Source: a virus
Taxonomy: Duplodnaviria; Caudoviricetes
IMG/VR virus record: IMGVR_UViG_3300037067_021792
Reading direction: 5' to 3' (one strand)
Length of the DNA: 64,000 bases
Shown here one piece after another: positions 58,788 through 64,000 of this stretch. Below the pieces are notes generated by a model. It saw nothing but the letters and a program-made list of their open reading frames with translations, did not search any database and was not told where the DNA came from. Made by a program: the position numbers and the translations under genes. Every line of letters begins with the position of its first letter. Position 1 is the stretch's first letter.

Positions 58788-59804
58788 ATGTCATACAGTC
58801 CCTTTAGAGAAGGTTATTTTCCAATCAATAAAACTGGTTCTCCATTAAGTGGAGATGAGTTATATAAACAATATCGAGAACAGTATGAAAAATGGCCCAA
58901 AGAGCAAAAGCTAGGGGATTTTCCAACTCATCTTGATTTAGAGTTATCGAGCGCTTGTAATTTACATTGTCCAATGTGCCACACTGTTTATATTGGAGAT
59001 CCATCATTTAAAAAATATAAAGAGCAACGAATGAAAGATGCTTTAATGGATTTCTCTGTGTATCGGAAAGCCATTAATGAAGCTGTTAACTATGAGCATT
59101 TTTTTTCAATCAAATTAAACTATAGAGGAGAAAGCACTTTACATCCGGATATTGTAGAGATGATACAATATGCCAAAAACAAGGGCGTATATGATATTAT
59201 GCTAAATTCAAATGGGAACCATGACTTTGATTTGATAGAAAAAATGGTCGATGCTGGATTAACATGGTTGTCGATATCTTTAGATGCGATTAATCCGGAG
59301 ACATATAAAAAAATCAGAGCTGGAGGAGACTTCTTCATCGCATATGCTAATGCTATTAGCATGTGTAGATTTAGCGGAAAATTAAATTTGCAAGTTTCTT
59401 TCGTTCACCAGAAGAAAAATGATGCAGAAAAAGATGAATTTATAAAATTTTGGAACAAGATGCCCATAAATAAAATAACGATTGGAGATTTCTACAATCC
59501 AGCTGAATTCATCACTAATATATCAGCGTTTGAAGTTAAACAATATCACAAAATGCAGAAATTTACATGCCCGCAGTTATGGCAGAGAATTTTGATAATG
59601 TGTGATGGGAAAATATTCCCCTGTTGTCACGCATTTGATGAGCCAGATGATTTATATTTAGGAAGATTTCCTGAGACATCTATCAAAGAGGCTTGGGATT
59701 CGGAAAAATTGAAGAAAATTAGAGAGATTCATATTTCTGGGGATTACTCTGAAATTAAAACATGCTCAACATGTGCTTATCCTAAAACATCGAAGGATGA
59801 ATAA
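58788..59804 (+). CDS. radical SAM/SPASM (twitch) domain protein
   Basis: CNLHCPMC, RGES.LHP, CPQLW...DGKIFPCC, CSTC. Confidence 0.9.
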   Translation: MSYSPFREGYFPINKTGSPLSGDELYKQYREQYEKWPKEQKLGDFPTHLDLELSSACNLHCPMCHTVYIGDPSFKKYKEQRMKDALMDFSVYRKAINEAVNYEHFFSIKLNYRGESTLHPDIVEMIQYAKNKGVYDIMLNSNGNHDFDLIEKMVDAGLTWLSISLDAINPETYKKIRAGGDFFIAYANAISMCRFSGKLNLQVSFVHQKKNDAEKDEFIKFWNKMPINKITIGDFYNPAEFITNISAFEVKQYHKMQKFTCPQLWQRILIMCDGKIFPCCHAFDEPDDLYLGRFPETSIKEAWDSEKLKKIREIHISGDYSEIKTCSTCAYPKTSKDE

Positions 59805-60472
59805 TGTTACCAGATGTGAGTGTTGTAATTACATGTTATAATTATGGAAGGTATCTAGAGAGATGCCTGCGAAGTGTTTATAATCAAGAGCACACCAAAC
59901 GATTTTCTTATGAAATTATTATTGTAAATGATTGTAGCATAGATAATACCGAATCCATTATAAGACAGTTTGAAAGTAAGTTCGATAATTTAATATACAT
60001 ATATAATATTAAAAATCAGGGAATTTCCCGATCTTGCAATAGTGCAATTCAATCTAGTAATGGAAGATATATTGTTCGAATAGATGCCGATGATTATGTA
60101 TCAAGACACTTCTTATTTTTGTTGAAATTTGCACTGGATAAAAATAGAAGATATCAGGCTTTTTGTTGTGATTATATAGAAGTGGACGATTTTGAAAATA
60201 ACCTACGATTTGTTTCTCCAACCGAAGAGCAAATTGCCTGTGCGGTGATGTATAGAAAAGAATATATGATAGATGTTGGATTATATGATGAAGAATTTGA
60301 ATATCGGGAAGGGCATGAATTAAATAAGAGGTTTCGAGACAAGTATGAAATAGGACATCTTCCTATTCCTTTGTATTTTGCCAGGAAACATGATAATAAT
60401 CGATCTGGAAATATCGAAAAAATATCTGAGTATGATCAAAAATTGTCCCTAGATAAACAGGAGAACCCATGA
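59804..60472 (+). CDS. GT2-family glycosyltransferase
   Basis: SVVITCYN, IVNDCSID, NQGIS, RIDADD, VGLYDE. Confidence 0.92.
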   Translation: MLPDVSVVITCYNYGRYLERCLRSVYNQEHTKRFSYEIIIVNDCSIDNTESIIRQFESKFDNLIYIYNIKNQGISRSCNSAIQSSNGRYIVRIDADDYVSRHFLFLLKFALDKNRRYQAFCCDYIEVDDFENNLRFVSPTEEQIACAVMYRKEYMIDVGLYDEEFEYREGHELNKRFRDKYEIGHLPIPLYFARKHDNNRSGNIEKISEYDQKLSLDKQENP

Positions 60473-61458
60473 AAGCTATTGTTACTGGTGGATGCGGTTT
60501 TATTGGATTTAATTTGTGTAAAAAATTAATTGAAACAGAATATAGCAATATTCAGGTTATCGATGATTTATCAACAGGATTTAGGCAAAACAAAATAAAT
60601 GGGGTAGATTACCACTATATCTCTATTCTTAATCACGATTTCAAGAATATAATTCATGCATTTAAGCCGGACGTAATTTTTCATATAGCAGCAGTTCCAC
60701 GAGTTTCTTATTCTGTTGAATTTCCAGTTGAAACACTGAAGGCCAATGTTCTTGCTACGGTTGAAGTTTTAGATGCTGTGCGGACCACAAAGAAAAAGCA
60801 GGCTAGAGTCATATTTAGCTCTAGCAGCTCAGTATATGGTGGGGCCGATCATTTGCCAACCCCCGAATCTTGTCCAAGAAACCCCAAATCGCCATATGCT
60901 CTCGAAAAAGCCGAGAGTGAAATGTGGTTATCTATGTACGCGTCTCTATACGGAGTAGATGCTGTAAGTCTTCGCTATTTTAATGTCTTTGGTCCGCGCT
61001 CTAGGTGGGGCGGAGGATACTCGACTGTTTTGAGCGCTTGGCTATATTCGTTGTATATAGATAAAAAAATAGTTCCATATTTAGAGGGAGACGGAAAACA
61101 ATCGAGAGATTTTTGCTACGTAGATAACGTGGTTCAGGCCAATATTTTTGCTGCAAGACATTCCAACAAATTTGCCGGTGAAGTTTATAATATAGCTCAG
61201 GGCGAAAGGCATTCATTACTGGAGTGTAAAGAAATTATAGAAAAAATCTCTGGTCAAGCACTAAATTTAGAATATAAACCAGCGCGAATTGGCGATGTAG
61301 ATCATACATTAGCAGATATATCAGCAGCCAGAAGGGATTTGGGGTATAATCCATCGGTTGATTTTGAATCTCAAGTAAAAGAAATGGCTGATTGGTATAA
61401 GGGAGAATATACCCGTGAAGTCTCCGCTGGCAAAACTATTACTTCTGTATTACAATAA
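60469..61458 (+). CDS. NAD-dependent epimerase (UDP-hexose/HexNAc 4-epimerase-like)
   Basis: TGGCGFIG, DDLSTG, SSSSVYG, SPYALEK, RYFNVFGP, GDGKQSRDF. Confidence 0.92.
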   Translation: MKAIVTGGCGFIGFNLCKKLIETEYSNIQVIDDLSTGFRQNKINGVDYHYISILNHDFKNIIHAFKPDVIFHIAAVPRVSYSVEFPVETLKANVLATVEVLDAVRTTKKKQARVIFSSSSSVYGGADHLPTPESCPRNPKSPYALEKAESEMWLSMYASLYGVDAVSLRYFNVFGPRSRWGGGYSTVLSAWLYSLYIDKKIVPYLEGDGKQSRDFCYVDNVVQANIFAARHSNKFAGEVYNIAQGERHSLLECKEIIEKISGQALNLEYKPARIGDVDHTLADISAARRDLGYNPSVDFESQVKEMADWYKGEYTREVSAGKTITSVLQ

Positions 61459-62398
61459 AGTAACAAATGAAGCATTTAACAAACTTGCTCTGCATAATCA
61501 CGAATTTGAAATAATTCCATTTAACCTCGGGCAATTCGGGGATAAAATGGATATTTTAGACGAAAAAACAGTAGAAAAAATCCTCTTACAATATATGCCC
61601 TTCGATGCTGCCGTTGTCGGGGATGTATTTTGGCCAACGGGACAATATATTTGCAAATGGTGCAGAAAGCATGGCGTTAAAAGCTTTTTTTTGCAACATG
61701 GGCAGTGGATTTATGTTACTAATAAGAAGAACCCAGAATTTTTACCCAATTGCACGTTTCTATACGGTGATAACGTAAAAGACATGGTGAGTTTATGGCC
61801 CTACTCTGCTCGATCAAAAGTCGCGGTTACGGGCAGCCCCAAATATGACAATATCATTCCAAATCCGTCGGGGTCATATGTTTATTTCTGTCCACCAGTT
61901 ATGTACGAAAAAGTTAATGGCACTCATCGTAGCAATCCATTATCTTCAAGGTTATTAAGAACTTTGTCGGGTATAGATAAAAAAGTAGAATTACTAATTC
62001 AACCGCATTATCGAGAGGATAATATTTCTGGATTAAAACAGATATTTAGTGCTGCAGAATTCTCTGATCCTAAAAATGATCCAATTTGTCTCATCAAAAA
62101 ATCATACGCAGTGTTAACTCACCGTGATTCTACAACTGTGCTCGATGCTATCGCGTGTGGTAAAAAATCTTTTTTGATCAATTTTAAAAACCAGTATAGA
62201 TCATTTTACAAAACTGGGTATTTCGGCGATTTTGCAGTAGAGAATGGATGGCCAGATGAGTGCAAAGAACGGATACAGACTTATGTAGCAGGTGAATTGC
62301 CTGATAATTATGAAATACTATCTAAGCCATACTTATATTTGGGAAATTCATCTGAAAAAATATTTGCCGTCATGAAGGAGTTACTAAATGTCTCATAG
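61415..62398 (+). CDS. GT-B fold transferase (TagF/sialyltransferase-like), candidate ulosonate transferase
   Basis: FFLQHG, VTGSPKYD, QPHYRE, DSTTVLDA..CGK. Confidence 0.55.
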   Translation: MKSPLAKLLLLYYNKVTNEAFNKLALHNHEFEIIPFNLGQFGDKMDILDEKTVEKILLQYMPFDAAVVGDVFWPTGQYICKWCRKHGVKSFFLQHGQWIYVTNKKNPEFLPNCTFLYGDNVKDMVSLWPYSARSKVAVTGSPKYDNIIPNPSGSYVYFCPPVMYEKVNGTHRSNPLSSRLLRTLSGIDKKVELLIQPHYREDNISGLKQIFSAAEFSDPKNDPICLIKKSYAVLTHRDSTTVLDAIACGKKSFLINFKNQYRSFYKTGYFGDFAVENGWPDECKERIQTYVAGELPDNYEILSKPYLYLGNSSEKIFAVMKELLNVS

Positions 62399-62657
62399 GG
62401 TAACTATAATGTGTGATAGCTGTGGTCAGGAATACTTATTGCCACCAGAAATGGAACTTCCGCCATATTGGATGGCAATCCAGATAGCTGTTTCAAATAA
62501 GGATGGCGAAATACCAATTGATGTCACAGATATAATGACTCATATTTGTAGCCAAGAATGTTTGAAAGATTTTGCAACAGGCGATATAATAAAAAGTAGG
62601 ATTGCGTTGATAGATAAGCTATCAGATGATGAGATAGAGGATGAACATGATATCTAA
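62388..62657 (+). CDS. small zinc-binding hypothetical protein
   Basis: CDSCG ... HICSQEC. Confidence 0.6.
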   Translation: MSHRVTIMCDSCGQEYLLPPEMELPPYWMAIQIAVSNKDGEIPIDVTDIMTHICSQECLKDFATGDIIKSRIALIDKLSDDEIEDEHDI

Positions 62658-63198
62658 AGAAATCTGGCAACAACTTGCCAATTATTTTCGAAGTAAGCTC
62701 GTAGCAAAAATTGATGTTGGGCAACTATTTGTGCACAATTCTATGCTACAACAGTCTCTTGAAATTCCGCACAAAGGTTTTTATGTTGGCGTGATCGACA
62801 GCGTGGGTAATCAGATTATTCGGGAAGGATTCTTATCAGAAAATTTGACCAATGTGATGAATAGCGCTGACATTGTTTTGGAAAATATTTATGGAAATTT
62901 AATTAACAACGGAGTTACTGTTTCCAAGCTTCAAACAAGTACTTTTTATTTCTACATCATAAATGATGTAGTCTATTTGGCAAATCCTATGGCATGGGAT
63001 GATAAACAGGATGGGGTTTATTTTCAGTGGGGCCAGAATTACAAGTCAATGTTTTTGCCGTATCAAGTTAAATTGATGAATATGCCCAAAACGGATATTT
63101 TGGACAGATTATGTGCTTCGTCTGGCACGGTATCTAATCTTTGGAAATTACCGGAGGGGTTAATATTTGCACTTAAAAATGAATCTCACAGCACATAG
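62641..63198 (+). CDS. divergent AMMECR1-domain protein (AmmeMemoRadiSam protein A-like)
   Basis: GFYV, DGVYFQWG..KSMFLP.QV, ILDRLC..SG...LW; canonical LRGCIG replaced by IREGF. Confidence 0.65.
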   Translation: MNMISKEIWQQLANYFRSKLVAKIDVGQLFVHNSMLQQSLEIPHKGFYVGVIDSVGNQIIREGFLSENLTNVMNSADIVLENIYGNLINNGVTVSKLQTSTFYFYIINDVVYLANPMAWDDKQDGVYFQWGQNYKSMFLPYQVKLMNMPKTDILDRLCASSGTVSNLWKLPEGLIFALKNESHST

Positions 63199-63314
63199 GA
63201 ATACGGCCAATTTCCAAAGCATGGGCAGGTGAATTTCTTGAAGGATACACAAAAGGCTGGTTTGAAGCCGATGATGAGATTGGTTGAAATTCATGATATC
63301 TGAGGAGAATATGA

Positions 63315-63704
63315 GTGATAACAGTGACGAATCGAGCTGCTGATCAAATTAAGAAGATTATCAAAGATTCAGGATCGCAATGTTCCGTAGACTCCACTGG
63401 CGCTCCAGGTTCGCGGTATTATCTGAGTGTTGGCGTTAAGGCAGGTGGATGCTCCGGGTTTGAATATACAATAGATGTACAAGAACAATGTCCTGTCGAT
63501 TATATTAAAAATAATAGCGAAGGCATAGACATAATCTGTGATCCCAAAAGCTTTATTTATCTAGATGGGTGCCAAATCGATTTTGTTGAGAGTATGATGA
63601 AATCCGGTTTTGTATTTCTAAACCCTAATGCACAATACAATTGTGGATGTGGCAAAAGTTTCAGTGCTGCTTCCAGCTGTGGTGGGTGCCCAGAAAATTC
63701 TTAA
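63315..63704 (+). CDS. iscA: HesB/IscA-family Fe-S cluster carrier
   Basis: ITVTNRAA, GVKAGGCSGFEY, DPKS..YLDG..IDF, NPNA..CGCGKSF. Confidence 0.92.
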   Translation: MITVTNRAADQIKKIIKDSGSQCSVDSTGAPGSRYYLSVGVKAGGCSGFEYTIDVQEQCPVDYIKNNSEGIDIICDPKSFIYLDGCQIDFVESMMKSGFVFLNPNAQYNCGCGKSFSAASSCGGCPENS

Positions 63705-63721
63705 AAATTTAGAGGGTTTTC

Positions 63722-63749
63722 TTGAAATCTGTAGAATATAGAGTATAAT
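63722..63749 (+). promoter_or_regulatory. sigma70-like promoter upstream of the RNA region
   Basis: TTGAAA-16 nt-TATAAT. Confidence 0.55.
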
Positions 63750-63752
63750 AGT

Positions 63753-63849
63753 ATGCTCACAACCTAAAAGGTTGGATTACAAACTTGCGGAAGAGTGAAT
63801 TGAGTCCCGAATGTGGGCTCAAAAAGTCCAGTCGAACTTTTGTGAGTGT
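63753..63849 (+). ncRNA. putative structured RNA, unit A
   Basis: Outer stem 63753-62/63840-49, inner stem GGTTGGATT/AGTCCAGTC, hairpin TTGAGTCC/GGGCTCAA; motif shared with unit B. Confidence 0.5.
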
Positions 63850-63865
63850 TCTTTTAAAATTGAAT

Positions 63866-64000
63866 AAAAGTTGCGCCCTAATGGCTTGGCTTACAAACAA
63901 TTAGCTCATTGGTAGAGCGACACTCCTAATAAAGTGATGGTAGCAGGTTCAAATCCTGTATTGTTAAACAAAAACGGCCTCGTAAACTTGCGCAACTTTT
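63866..64000 (+). ncRNA. putative structured RNA, unit B (encloses the tRNA-like element; may run past the window end)
   Basis: Perfect 11-bp inverted repeat AAAAGTTGCGC / GCGCAACTTTT; motif shared with unit A. Confidence 0.5.
63895..63967 (+). tRNA. degenerate tRNA-like element (Ile-like, nominal anticodon AAT)
   Basis: AACAAT/ATTGTT acceptor stem, GCTC-ATTGGTA-GAGC D arm, GCAGG-TTCAAAT-CCTGT T arm; 4-bp anticodon stem with 8-nt loop; A1.A72 mismatch; no CCA. Confidence 0.65.

Noticed and set aside
1582-62724. Numerous 60-130 aa antisense or alternate-frame ORFs in the ORF track
   Set aside because: They lie within well-supported genes, lack RBS and motifs, and are expected shadow ORFs
63199-63303. 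Short open frame (IRPISKAWAGEFLEGYTKGWFEADDEIG) between the AMMECR1-like gene and iscA
   Set aside because: No start codon or RBS; at most a gene remnant
8755-63967. tRNA(AAT) with a 1:72 mismatch acting as a dedicated initiator for the AUU start
   Set aside because: The anticodon arm is malformed and lacks the three G-C pairs of initiator tRNAs; a single ATT start is too little evidence
1-64000. Stop-codon reassignment as in some large phages
   Set aside because: Code 11 gives full-length, tightly abutting genes ending in TAA, TAG and TGA; the two internal TGAs seen (8577, 13536) are explained by pseudogenisation
63753-64000. Twister, hammerhead or HDV/theta ribozyme, or c-di-GMP riboswitch
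   Set aside because: Only fragments match (TAA, TTACAA, CCTCG); I could not build the required cores and pseudoknots by eye, so the family is left unassigned

Overview
AT-rich, very gene-dense window read almost entirely on the + strand in standard code 11. It looks like part of a large (jumbo/huge) bacteriophage or similar accessory replicon rather than a cellular chromosome: many short orphans, stand-alone purA, helicase, SSB-like protein, DNA methylases, OGG-type glycosylase, a degenerate tRNA and no housekeeping operons. No capsid or terminase gene lies in the window, so the viral assignment is an inference. 1-16.5 kb holds DNA/nucleotide metabolism genes interleaved with a CMP-nonulosonate module (two DUF115/Maf-like transferases, neuA, neuB, kdsC-like). 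16.8-62.4 kb is a ~46-kb glycan-biosynthesis island of about 47 genes. It includes roughly 17 glycosyltransferase-like genes in paralogous sets, an intein-containing GDP-mannose dehydratase, three Fcl-like SDRs, three ThDP enzyme systems, a PanB homologue, two B12 radical SAMs, six methyltransferase-like genes and a divergent DAHP-synthase/cytidylyltransferase pair. It has no recognisable flippase, polymerase, ABC exporter or initiating phosphoglycosyl transferase. Two non-autonomous TnpB (IS200/IS605) elements are present and both empty sites can be reconstructed from the sequence. The window ends with a promoter followed by two copies of an unrecognised RNA stem scaffold, one of which encloses a degenerate tRNA.
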